From Guillardia theta CCMP2712 (Eukaryota > Protista > Cryptophyta), in NCBI RefSeq assembly GCF_000315625.1, contig NW_005434425.1, positions 1-48,744 of the forward strand: a stretch of 48,744 nucleotides of DNA, written 5' to 3'. Shown one piece after another: positions 1 through 11,719 of the stretch; position 1 is the first letter of the stretch, and every line of letters starts with the position of its first letter. The notes under the pieces were generated by a model. It was not told where the DNA came from. It searched no databases and saw only the letters and a program-made list of their open reading frames with translations. Both the position numbers and the translations under genes were made by a program.

Positions 1-103
<103 letters not shown>

Positions 104-124
104 GTGCTGTATGCTTTGAGGCCT

Positions 125-1140
125 ATCACCACCCAAGTATCCAATGACCCCCCCTTATCTCTCTGAAACCACCCCTACCTCTGCCTGTATTATCGTGTCA
201 TCGGAATCACTTTCCGGTTGCCCGGGCCCGAGGCCGGTGGTACTGAGTCACTGAGAGCCGCCGGGCCCGGGCAAACCTTTGTAACGGTTCAACGGAGTTT
301 GTTGTGAAGTGATGGGGTAGGTGAACGGGGGGTAGGGGTCATGTATAACTGAATCCATTGTGAGTACCCCTCCTAATTAGCGACATAGAGAGCTCAAGAA
401 TCCAATGGGGTTGTCAAGTTGTAGGTGAGAAGAGAAGGGGGTAGTGAGAAAATGGGGGTAGTAGGTGACCATCGCAGAGGGTTCGGAATTCGTTTTGTGG
501 GGGGGTGGGGGGGGGGAATAATGGAGGGGGGGTAGGGGTTGGATTGAAAGCAAGGGATGTAAAAAGTCCCAAATATGGAGATAGGGGGTACTGGATAAGA
601 TTAGATGGGGGTAGTGGATAGTACGGGTGGTGGAACATTTGATTTATACAACGAAGGTGGGGTGACTGCAATTGACGGAAGGGGGTAGGGGTACTGGAGG
701 AGGCGTTAGTGCACAGTTGCCAGGGCGGTATTGTACCTGAGCAAAACTGGGGGTGGGGTACCTGCAGATTTACATCTGGAATAGGGTGGTAATGTTCAAG
801 TGGATTTTTCATATGGTATGAGGGGTACATTTGACTGAATTTAGACGGGTAGGGGTCATTTTTGTTTTTAGAGATACGGGTGGGGTATTGGAGCTTCAAT
901 GATGTGAGGGGTATAAAAAGAGGGGTGGGGGCCCCTATGATGAGGTGGTTGCGATGAAATGTGGGTGGGGGGTTACCACTAGTAGGTAGGGGTGATGAAA
1001 AAGGATGACATCACAGTGCATAGCCTCTAAAGAATAAGGTCACACTCGAATAATGTTGTGGGGTTGCATGATGGGCAGGTGGTTGTTGCAAAGGTAGGGG
1101 TGTGCGAAAATCAGAGGGGGTGGGGGTACCTTAGTTTACT
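125..1140. other. Non-coding GGGGTA/TACCCC-rich tract with a short CCGG-palindrome island (about 200-280)
   Basis: Dense GGGGT/GGGTA motifs, G-rich on + from about 310; ccgggcccgg motifs at 220-272; no credible ORF. Confidence 0.6.
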
Positions 1141-1334
1141 GCAGGTAGAAGTGCGTGCAGCAGGCAACGTTTGCGGAAGATGGGGAAGGAGGAGGACGAG
1201 GAGGATGGGGCGGGGGGCGGGGGGTTGGAGGCGGCAATGGAGTGAGAGGGCTGGTAGAAGATGATAGCAGATGGCTGAAAAGAGGAGAGAGGAGAAGAGA
1301 GGAGGAGGAACAAAGTGTAAGATGATTGGTAAGT

Positions 1335-1900
1335 GAGTACGCAAAACGCACAAAATTGGTAGCCATGATGAGAAAACGTGGCGACATCTGCCAGTAGTGA
1401 TCAAAGTTTGATGTGAGGTTACGACGAGAAGTTGATGTGATGGTGAGATGGTTCTTACTGACGCTGATGCATCCCAGTGGATAGCGGCTCTAGAGATAAG
1501 ATGATTGTAGAGATAGAACTGGGGCGTAGAGACAGAGGCAGGCGAACGGATGGAGAAGAGGAGAAACTAAGAGGAAGGATGAAAGATTCAACGTTTATAG
1601 CGAGAAGTAGATCCTTCCCAGATGAGTTGCTATGGCTTGATCGCACGTGTTTCCATATCCAGATAATATGCAAAGGAACAAACTGTCCCGCTTCATGTTG
1701 AAAGGAGCCTTGTTTGATAGATGGATTGAGGATCCACTCGAGTGAAGCGTCAAAGATGAAAAGAATAAGATACAACACCCACCATTCCTTGATGTGGATT
1801 GTTAGTTGGAACATTGACGCGATCTCTCATGCGGTGTTTGTGCACAGCATTTTTGAAAGATTTTACTTGCGATTTTACGAGGTTGAGTAGCGTTGGATTT
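1335..1900 (-). CDS. Possible small multi-exon hypothetical gene
   Basis: Minus-strand ag/gt-bounded segments (e.g. about 1458-1518) separated by pyrimidine-rich intron-like spacers. No recognisable domain; boundaries uncertain. Confidence 0.25.
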
Positions 1901-2039
1901 TCAACCCTTCAGATAGATTCTTCTTCAGATGTCCTATCTCCCTGGCCTCTAGATATATATATGTATCTCCCGCTCTTTCGCTCTCTCTCCCTCTCCGTCA
2001 CTTGATGGAAGACTACTTGTCAGTTGTCTGCCATGTCAG

Positions 2040-4057
2040 TTGATGCTTGTCTTGCAGGCCAGTGGATGGATCTATAGCAAGTGTTCGCCTGCCATCAGTC
2101 AAGATCTGAGGAAGGAGATCATGGAGGGTCCCTTTTTCCCCAGACATCCACAGCAGAGGTCACATGCTCCTGATGTGATACGTTCTCACTCCCCCCACAG
2201 TTTCGGTAGTCCTTTTGGACAGAAGGATAGCACATGTAGAGTTGAGGAGCTGGCGCGTGCGTTGAGGGACAGCACAGTGATCACGCCGGCGAGGTTCTCG
2301 TGGGTGACGGCGGACCAGCTGTGCTCATGGCTGCGGAGTCAGTCGAGGGTGAAAGTTCTGCCCATCGACGTGAGAGACGCCAAGGAGAGCACTGGAGGCA
2401 TGATTGTGGGTGCGCTGCAGCTAGATTCTGCGATGCAGCAGGTTGGCTCTCCTGCTCCCTCCCGTCCAGCCCTCCATCGTCTCTCCTCTTACTCCCCTGA
2501 TCGTTGTTGCCTCCTTCAGGTACAACTCGACAAGTTGGTCGAGATGTGGAGATCAGGTTGGCACTGCCATGGCACCGACATGTCAGTCATGTAAGTTGCT
2601 GACTGCGGTGCTACAGGACGGCACCTCGTGTTCTACTGCACAAAATCTCTGACAAGAGCGCCGGTCATGGCTCAGCAGTTACTCTCAAGGCTGGAGAACG
2701 TAGAGGAGACTCTTTGCCTTGCATGCTGTCTGACGCAGAGGATGCAGCTTGGTTGCGTCGGAGTCTCGTGCGATGAGGACCTGAGGGTGTCTGTGCTGGA
2801 GGGAGGGATCGTTGCGCTCATGCAGGTTGTAGACAAGTCTTCGCTCCTCTTCCCGCTGACTTCACCTGGCTCAGGCTGTCATGCGCCTCTACTCCCAGCA
2901 GACTGTCGAGCTCGAGCCCCCCAAGGTAGGACGAGAGTGGAAGGAGAGAGGGGAGAGAGGGAGAGCAGAGAGCAAGCGGGGGGGGGGGATGGTTGGAAGG
3001 GAGCAAGAGAGGGAGCAGGAGCGGTACGAGGGCAGGAGGAGTGACAGAAAAGTTGGAAGGGAGGAATATTTCACAGAAGAGAATGAGTGCGAGAGAGGAA
3101 AGAGAGAAATAGTCAAGTTGAGCGGATCTGAACGGGTCTTGCAGGATCTGGTGGTCAACTTTCAACCGGAGAAGTGGATATTCTGTTATTCTCCCGATGG
3201 TCCCCACGTTGCCCACGTGTCGGAGATATCGGAGAACTCTGAGCGAGAGGTCCTGCCCCCTTCCTCCTCCTCCTCGCCCTCCCTCCACTTTCTCCTCATT
3301 GCTCAACCTCCACCCTGCCCTCCTTACCCTCCTACCCCTTCCTCCTTGTTGCTCTTCCTGCTGAGCCTCTTCACCTTTTGGCTCCTGCTCCTCCCACTTC
3401 CCTCCATCCGTCTCTCCCTTTCAAGTTCTCTATTGGTCCTTGGTTCTCCTTCCCCCACTAAGCTTGTCGCTGCTGCTGTACATGAATCTTCAATGTGGAT
3501 GACGAACTTGTTTCAGGTGGAGGAGCTAGTGGAAGAGGAGATGTGTGACGAACTTACTTTCCTCGTAGACCAGGTCCTTCCCCCCCCCCCCCCCCCCCCC
3601 CCCTTCCCTCCCTTCATCATTACCTCCCTCCTCGTCCTCCAACTTGTCTTCTCATCTGCACAATACTTCCCTTCCTCTCTCCCCCGCCCCCGCCCTCTCC
3701 CTCTCCCTCCCTTCCTCCCTATCTCTCTTTCTCTCTCCTCTGTTCTTTCTCACAGGTTCAGCAGAGTATGTCTCTTTCTCCTCAAGTCCAGGGAAGCATG
3801 CCTTATATATCTTAGGATTGTGAAATATTGCTCCTTTACCTCCCTCGTCTTGCAGTCGATCTTTCTTCCACTCTTCATAGTAATTCCGCTTCCCCCCCGG
3901 ACCTCCCTCCCTTCCCTTCCTCCTTCACTCTCCCTCCTCCCCATCCCTTCCCCTCCTCCCTCTCGCTCTCCTGTACCAGGCTGGAGGCCTCAAGACGAGA
4001 AACATTTCATTCGCAAAACTTCTTCTGATTAGCAAGAAACTTGAGAGCTTCACATGA
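2040..4057 (+). CDS. Rhodanese-fold Cdc25/Acr2-like phosphatase or arsenate reductase, multi-exon
   Basis: Exons encode VKVLPIDVRD..STGGMIVGALQL, HLVFYCTKSLTRAP (CX5R loop resembling the Acr2/Ibp1/plant CDC25 motif HCxxSxxRGP) and VSVLEGGIVAL. Downstream exons (about 3145-3249, 3517-3573, 3980-4057) are tentatively assigned; start codon not fixed. Confidence 0.7.
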
Positions 4058-6985
4058 AAACTCCTCCCAACTTCTTCTCTCCCTCGGGGACCTGCCAGGC
4101 CCCAAGTGTCAACGAGGAAGCAGAGGAAGGAGGAGGTGAGAACAGGATAGAGGAAGGAGGAGGTGAGAACAGGATAGAGACGAGCCAGAGGTCGTAGCAA
4201 GAGAGGAGAGAAGAGCCAGTCGAGGAGGCGGTCGGGAGGTAGAGGGAGAGAGTAGGAGAAGCGGTAGGAGTAAGAGAAAGAAGCCTTACATTGGCCTTCA
4301 TGACTTCAAGGGTGTTGTCAGCGCAGGCGGCGGCCGTCCTCTTGTTCCAGAAGGAGGCGGGGAGAATCTTCTCCTTGATGCACCTGTGCTTGTAGGTGGA
4401 GGTGATGGTCTGCACCTCGTCGAAGAGACCCTCCTGGCTCTCCAGCCTGATCATGTCGCCCAGGAAGTTGATGAACTTGTTGTTGGACACCACCAGCTCG
4501 TTCTCCGCATCCTCATTGCGCGGGTTGTTGAGGTAGTTCACCTCGCAGCCCGTCTGGTCCTGAATCATCTTGGCCAGGTCGCGCACCCTCGCCGTCTCGG
4601 CCACCTGGTTGAAGATCTCGACGCGCTCGCCTTTCTGCGAAGCTGGTCAGAGGAGGAGGAGGACTTAGAAGAGGCGAGCAAGGTAAGACCAGAGGGAGTG
4701 CGGAGAGGAGAGGGACAGTGAGATAGAGGCAGTGAGATAGAGAGGAAGGATGAGCAAGCAATACAGAGATTAAGAAAAGGATTCAAAGAGGAAGGGAGAA
4801 AGGAAGAAGAGGAGCGAGGGAGGGAGGAGAGAGGAGGGAGGAGGGAGGAGGAATGAGGGAGGAGGAGGAGGAGGAGGGAGGAGGAGGAGGAGGAGGAGGA
4901 GGAGGAGGAGGGAGGAGGAGGAGGAGGGAGGAGGAGGAGGAGGAGGAGGAGGGAGGGGAGGAGAGGAGGCATTGAGATCACCCANNNNNNNNNNNNNNNN
5001 NNNNNNNNNNNNNNNNNNNNNNNNNNNNNNNNNNNNNNNNNNNNNNNNNNNNNNNNNNNNNNNNNNNNNNNNNNNNNNNNNNNNNNNNNNNNNNNNNNNN
5101 NNNNNNNNNNNNNNNNNNNNNNNNNNNNNNNNNNNNNNNNNNNNNNNNNNNNNNNNNNNNNNNNNNNNNNNNNNNNNNNNNNNNNNNNNNNNNNNNNNNN
5201 NNNNNNNNNNNNNNNNNNNNNNNNNNNNNNNNNNNNNNNNNNNNNNNNNNNNNNNNNNNNNNNNNNNNNNNNNNNNNNNNNNNNNNNNNNNNNNNNNNNN
5301 NNNNNNNNNNNNNNNNNNNNNNNNNNNNNNNNNNNNNNNNNNNNNNNNNNNNNNNNNNNNNNNNNNNNNNNNNNNNNNNNNNNNNNNNNNNNNNNNNNNN
5401 NNNNNNNNNNNNNNNNNNNNNNNNNNNNNNNNNNNNNNNNNNNNNNNNNNNNNNNNNNNNNNNNNNNNNNNNNNNNNNNNNNNNNNNNNNNNNNNNNNNN
5501 NNNNNNNNNNNNNNNNNNNNNNNNNNNNNNNNNNNNNNNNNNNNNNNNNNNNNNNNNNNNNNNNNNNNNNNNNNNNNNNNNNNNNNNNNNNNNNNNNNNN
5601 NNNNNNNNNNNNNNNNNNNNNNNNNNNNNNNNNNNNNNNNNNNNNNNNNNNNNNNNNNNNNNNNNNNNNNNNNNNNNNNNNNNNNNNNNNNNNNNNNNNN
5701 NNNNNNNNNNNNNNNNNNNNNNNNNNNNNNNNNNNNNNNNNNNNNNNNNNNNNNNNNNNNNNNNNNNNNNNNNNNNNNNNNNNNNGCAGCAAGGAGGTTG
5801 TTTGTTCCTCCCACGTTGTTGTCAACGGTGTACCTCTTCGTCTTTGACCTGCGTTGGAGTCAGCTACACCAGGAGCGAAGAGGATGCTTGACATAGATAT
5901 AGAATAAAGGGGAGAGAGCGGAAGGTATGAAAAGAAGACAAAGGAAGAGAGCGAAAGATGGACGTGGTGAGGAGGGGAGGGGAAGGGAGGGGGTGTGTGG
6001 AGGGGTAAAGAGGGAGGGAGACTGACGTTTTCATGGAATAAGGAGCAGCTCTCTGCTCGGCGAAGTGGACAACGGCGTCAGGCTTCTCCTGCTTGAACAG
6101 CTGAACCTGAAGCACAGGGGGATCAGAAGCTCTCCGCTACATCTCGTCCTGCCCCAGCCCCTCCCCCCGCCACCACCCCAAGCTCTCTCTGCTCCTACCA
6201 GCAGGTCGTACTCCTTGGCGACGTCAAGGTTGACGAAGCGCATGGCGCGGCCGCCGACTTCCTCCCAGGCCTTGAGACGAATCTCAGGGTGCTGGATGGG
6301 GGTGAGCGAGTCGCATCCCATCTCGATGTCGATGTTGCGACGCGAGCTATGCGGACAAGTCAAGCGACGGACCACAAAAAGGAGGGGGGGGGGGACAGGA
6401 TGGGCACAAGAGAGAGCTGCAGGAGGATGGCACGAGAGAGCTGCAGGAGGATGGCACGAGAGAGCTGCAGGAGGATGGCACAAGAGAGAGCTGCAGGAGG
6501 ATGGCACAAGAGAGAGCTGCAGGAGGAGGGGGGAGACTTACAGGTTATCAACCACAACAACATCGTGGCCCTGCACAACCAAGGTTCAGTATCGCGCTCA
6601 ATGAAGGCATAAAGGCGATGAATCGAGAAAATCGTAGCAACATGCGGCACGATCGAGATTTAGGGACTTCGGTTATTTTCACCTGGCTGGAGAGATGGAG
6701 GGAAGTAGGCCAACCGCAGAAGCCGTCTCCTCCTAGCACGATGATCTTCTTCGCCTTTCCATCCGCCATCATCGCAAGACCCCCAAGGCCACTGACGCAT
6801 GTTTTCTCCTTGCTGCCCTTGGACAGTCTTGAGGTGGACAAGAGTGATGAACGGGGAGCAGGAGAGGAAACAAACGAGGAGGAGGAGGCTGAAGTGGACA
6901 ATCTTCTCGGCAGGGACGTTGGCGCCTGCATGAACGCAACGCCCGTCGTCACCATCGCCGCCATCGTCGCCATCTTCACCGCCAT
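4050..6985 (-). CDS. SQD1: UDP-sulfoquinovose synthase, plastid-targeted; middle exons lost in gap
   Basis: Exons encode IIVLGGDGFCGWPTSLHLS, GHDVVVVDNL, RRNIDIEMGCDSLTPI, PDAVVHFAEQRAAPYSMK, KRYTVDNNVGGTNNLL and EIFNQVAET..NPRNEDAENEL. N-terminus MAVKMATMAAMVTTGVAF plus a Ser-rich transit-like peptide. Confidence 0.96.
4985..5785. other. Assembly gap
   Basis: N run. Confidence 1.
6399..6530 (+). repeat. About 24-bp intronic minisatellite, about 5 copies
   Basis: Repeated gatggcac(a/g)agagagctgcaggag within an SQD1 intron. Confidence 0.9.
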
Positions 6986-7029
6986 GCTTGCGTGATCTAA
7001 GCGCAACCCACCTACCACAGAGCCATACA

Positions 7030-7965
7030 GAAGGACCCCTACCCCCAAATATTCCTCCCACCCCTAGTATAAAACTGATGACCCCACCAAACATTACCCC
7101 TCCTACCCAATCTCCTTATCATCACCCTGTCGTCTGAAAGACTACCCCTTATGGATACTACCCACCCTAATGATCGACAAGAACGTGACTCTCCCTCACT
7201 TCTTCACACCTGGACTACCCCACCAATATCCATTGAATTACGAAACTGACCCCACCATGTTAGCCGGTACCCCCTCAAAATCTTTTTCATCTTCACTGAC
7301 CCCCCTGCTCCTCATCTGGCCCGGTCTCTTCAGTGCCCTTCCACCCCACCCCCATTTTCGAACCAAATTCGTTCTTCTACCCCTTTTGTTGCTACACCCC
7401 ACCCCCTTGGAAATCTCTCGGGAACACGGCGTAGAATACCCCACCCACCATTTGGAGGTCGTAGACGGGGGTGGAGAAAAGCCTTGTCGCGCGCAGGGTG
7501 CCTACCGAACAAGAGAAACTTTAGTTATCAATTTTCTTTCTCCCACAGGAGAAAGTGATAATATAATGAAGTTAACTAAAATTATTTAGTCTTTATTATA
7601 TTATGCAGGGTAAGGGTGGGTGATTCTCTATTGGAAATGGTAGCCCAGTAGAACAAGAACCCCACTAACTTTTTGTGGCCTCCCCTGCTTGAAACAAAAA
7701 AGGTGTTGGCGGCTTACTCAAACGTATTTCATGATTTTTCCTGAATAATTTCATTTTACATAACAAGATTTTGTAATTTCATAACTTCATTCTCGATATA
7801 CATTTCAACGGACGCCATTGTCTGATGGAATCTAGATGGTATAAGAACGTACCCCACCTGGTATACATTCCTATCTTCTTAGTAAAGATAAGGGGTTCTT
7901 CGACGAACTAAGGTACCCCCCATCTTTGCCTTGATCACCCCACCATTGTCCCCTACACCGGTTCA
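7030..7965. other. TACCCC-rich non-coding tract upstream of SQD1
   Basis: Many ACCCC/TACCC motifs, C-rich on +, compositionally the mirror of 310-1140. Confidence 0.55.
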
Positions 7966-7974
7966 TTACAGCTT

Positions 7975-8525
7975 CAAACTTCGGCGGTCGCCCGGCCCGG
8001 AGCGGCCGGGCGAGTCGCCGGGCCCGGTGTGCCCGCCGCGTCGGAACGGCCCGGCGGCCGGCAACTTAGTTCAAGTACGGTAGTCTTGGACCGTACTTCT
8101 AACCCTGACCAGGATAAGGGTAGGTTCTCGGCGCTCAGTCTTTTCTTGACTCAGAAGACCTCGCCGCCGATCATCCGATGCCGCGCGGCGTGCCGCAGTG
8201 CGACGGTGTGCGACCGGGCCCGGGGATCGCCGGGACGGACAGTGTTAAGTTAACCATCCAGCCTTGACACGCCGGGTCCGATCGGTTTTGGCATCATTAT
8301 GGACCGGTCACCGGGTTTGGCCTCAACGGTTCTGTGACTCAGGCTACAGTGGTCCGGACGGTTTATTGCTGATCAGCCGCTGGCTGCCGCTGCCAGGCCC
8401 TGCACCTTCACGGGCGGCGGCCCCCCGGGTTCAAGGAGTCAAGTTCAAAAGTTTTCCGAAGTTCCGACCGTGCCGGCAGCCCGGCGGCGGCGCCGTGACA
8501 GACTCAGTCAAACATCTTGATTGGT
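7975..8525. other. GC-rich island of short palindromes
   Basis: High density of ccgg, ccgggcccgg, gttaac, tgatca and gactcag motifs; no credible ORF. Confidence 0.55.
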
Positions 8526-8730
8526 GAATTACTTTCGATCAACTTTAATAATGCAAACCTTACTTCAAGTTCATTGAAGGGCTAACACATCAGAGTGTGC
8601 TCGGACACTTGATTGATCACAACTAATTGAATTGAAACATAACTACCCTCTTTCTTGCCGCCGGGCAATCAAGTGAACTCAGTGACTTGGAAACCGTGAT
8701 ACCCAGGGCTGCTGTCGCCGGGCCGTCTTC

Positions 8731-11430
8731 TTAGCTTAGCATGAGCTCATCCTCTAGCCCCCTGAAAAAAGCCATCCGATCAGACTCAAAAACTGTGAGC
8801 AGATGACTGACAGCAACAAACATCACCATGGGATAAACTCCTCCTCCTCCTCGTCATAAACATAGCAGAAAGCATTCCTAGGCCCCGCGCACGAGTCCAG
8901 GTAGCTGCACAACCACACCTCGAACTTGTCCACAACCATCAGCTTCCCTAGACCACCCGTCTTGATGGTATTGTTCATACGGAGCTCTTGCCACTTGTGC
9001 CGCAGTCTGCAGCGGAGGTAATCCGAGTGAAGAGTCCAGGTTCGCGGTGCTGGGCCTGTTGGTGTAGTCGTCGGGATGAGGGTGGTGGCGATAGAGGTGC
9101 TGTCTTCGCCGCTGTTGCAATGAGTTTCGTTGAGGCACGGCTCCAGGTTCGCGTCCTTGGTGGCAAAGCTTGGCCAAGACGGATGATAGCACGGTAGATT
9201 GTTGCCTGTCAGATCCAATTGGGAAAGCGACGACAAACCAGTGAACGCCTTGGAGGAAATGCAGGAGAGCTTGTTGTTGGAAAGAAGTAGCTCCTGCAAG
9301 CTCGAGAGCCCGTCGAAGATCCCAGCAGGCAGACTCTCCAGCTTGTTGTTGTCAAGAGATATACCCCCATCCAACTTCGAGATCCCTTCGAAAATCCCTG
9401 CAGGTAGACTCTCCAGCTTGTTGTTGGAAAGATGTAGCGACCGCAAGACCGAGACCTTGTTGAAGATTCCCGCAGGCAGACTCTCCAGCTTGTTGTTGTA
9501 AAGATTTATCTGCGCAAGCTGGCTCGAGAGTTCGTCGAAGATCCCTGCAGGCAGACTCTCCAGCTTGTTGTCGGAAAGAAATAGCCAAATCAAGATTGAG
9601 AGCCTGTCGAAGATCCCTGCAGGCAGACTCTCCAGCTTGTTGTTGGCAAGAAGTAGCAAACCCAAGCTCGAGAGACCATCGAAGGTCCCATTCGCTATGT
9701 TCCGAATGCCCTGTGAGTCCAAGTCCAACACTGTCCAACCCCACCCATAAGTTCCACACTGCCACAGCTCACGCTCAACACTACAGCTCCCCTCCCTCCA
9801 CAGCAAACCCTCATCCGAGACATAAAACGTTCAGTTTCCACAGCTCACACTGCTTGCCGCCTCAGCCTGTTGGGTTTGCGGTGCTAGAATCGGGTTAATA
9901 CAGAATGAAGATATGTAAAAGAAAAAGATTACTTTCATGGTCACAAGAAGTTTCGTTGAGGCACGGCTCAAGGTTCGCGTCCTTGGTGGCAAAGCTTGGC
10001 CAAGACGGATGATAGCACGGTAGATTGTTGCCTGTCAGGCTCAATTGGGAAAGCGACGACAAACCAGTGAACGCCTTGGAGGAAATGCAGGAGAGCTTGT
10101 TGTTGGAAAGAAGTAGCTCCTGCAAGCTCGAGAGCCCGTCGAAGATCCCAGCAGGCAGACTCTCCAGCTTGTTGTTGAGAAGCCTCAGGTACACCAAGCT
10201 TGAGAGCCCGTCAAAGATTCCTGCAGGAGACAAACACTTGGAAGGTTGTTGTTGTAAATTGCCAGAAATCTCAACTGGGAGAGCCCGTTGAACACCCCTG
10301 CAGGCAGACACTCTAGTCTGTTGTTTCGAAGCCATAGATCCGTCAAGCTCGAGAGCCCGTCGAAGATTCCCGCGGGCAGGCTCTCCAGCTTGTTGAATTC
10401 AAGATATAGATACTGCAAGCTGGAGAGCCCGTCGAAGATCCCTGCAGGCAGACTCTCCAGCTTGTTGTTGGCAAGATATAGCAACCGCAAGTTCGAAAGA
10501 CCATCGAAGGTCCCATTCGCTATGTTCCGAATATCCAAGTTGTCAAGTTCCAACCAACCCCACGGATTAGCTTCACAGGTACCGCCACTACAGCTCCCCT
10601 CCCTCCACAGCAAACCCTCATCCGAGACATAAAACGTGCAGCCTCCACAGCTCACACTGCTTGCCGCCTCAGCCTGTTGGGTTTGCGGTGCTGAGCCTGT
10701 TCGTCGGGATGAAGGTGGTGGCGATGTTGTTGGGATGAGGGTGGTGGCGATAGAGGTGCTGTCTTCGCCGCTGTTGCAATGAGTTTCGTTGAGGCACGGC
10801 TCCAGGTTCGCGTCCTTGGTGGCAAAGCTTGGCCAAGACGGATGATAGCACGGTAGATTGTTGCCTGTCAGATCCAATTGGGAAAGCGACGACAAACCAG
10901 TGAACGCCTTGGAGGAAATGCAGGAGAGCTTGTTGTAGGAAAGATATAGCATCCGCAAGCTCGAGAGCCCGTCGAAGATCCCAGCAGGCAGACTCTCCAG
11001 CTTGTTGTTGTCAAGACATAGATACTGCAAGCTCCAGAGCCCGTCAGAGATCGGCAGAGGCTCCAGGTTTCTGATGGAAAGGTGTAGACGCTGCAAGCTT
11101 GAGAGCCCGCCGAACACCCCTGCAGGCAGACTCTTCAGCTTGTTGTTGTCAAGATATAGATCCGTCAAGCTGGAGAGCCCGTTGAAGATCCCTGCAGGCA
11201 GACTCTCCAGCTTGTTGTTGAAAAGAGTTAGCTCCCGCAAGCTCGAGACCCCGTCGAAGGTCCCATCCGTTAGGTTCCGAATGCCCTTTGAGCCCAAGTT
11301 CAACGATCTCGAACCGTGAACAACTCCACAGTCCCCGCCACAGCTCCCCTCCCTCGACAACAAACCCTCATCCGAGATAACAAACGTGCAGCTTCCACAG
11401 CTCACACTGCTTGCAGCCTCGGCCTTAGGA
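8731..11430 (-). pseudogene. Three-unit tandem array of VLR-like LRR domains (A about 10700-11424, B about 9933-10699, C about 8827-9883) with a conserved tail; disabled as assembled
   Basis: Each unit has an SCGxCTF..SDEGLL.REGSC cap, 24-aa LxxLxLxxNKLESLPAGIFDGL repeats and an LSCISSKAF..LPCYHPSWP cap. A 49-nt GT-AG intron (9884-9932) joins B to C in frame, and there is a terminal intron at 8762-8826. Lesions: frameshift at about 10230-10245 and TGA at 9831-9833. Confidence 0.85.
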
Positions 11431-11719
11431 CATATGAACGCCCCTAGTACAACATCAGAATTACACCTACATAGAAAGTAGTCAATTGTAGTCAGCAAGC
11501 GATGACCCCACCCCCCCTACCATAAAAAATCAAGAAAACAGGGGCACTTGATAATCACTTAGTTCCATGTCAGACCCCATGACACACCACCCCTTGTTTC
11601 AACTGCAAATGTACCCTACCCCAAGGTAATTGCGTCCCCCGATCCCAAGGCAGATGGAATGTAGAATGAACGTCGCCTTGTGTAGCTGTAGCAAGGCTGT
11701 AGAAGAGGAAGGAGCAGGA

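Noticed and set aside
2881-4032. 383-aa ORF as a single-exon protein
   Set aside because: Mostly low-complexity intron sequence read through in frame; only short segments look exonic.
4770-5894. ORFs spanning N runs (also 29308-30508)
   Set aside because: Artefacts of assembly gaps.
8740-8822. Conserved 3' UTR element, SECIS or stop read-through after PW*
   Set aside because: Better explained by a conserved intron plus a terminal coding exon; read-through frames differ between the two genes.
9200-11300. CRISPR-like repeat-spacer pattern (constant ~50 bp plus variable ~20 bp)
   Set aside because: The period is 72 bp, in frame and encodes LRRs; the context is eukaryotic with no cas genes.
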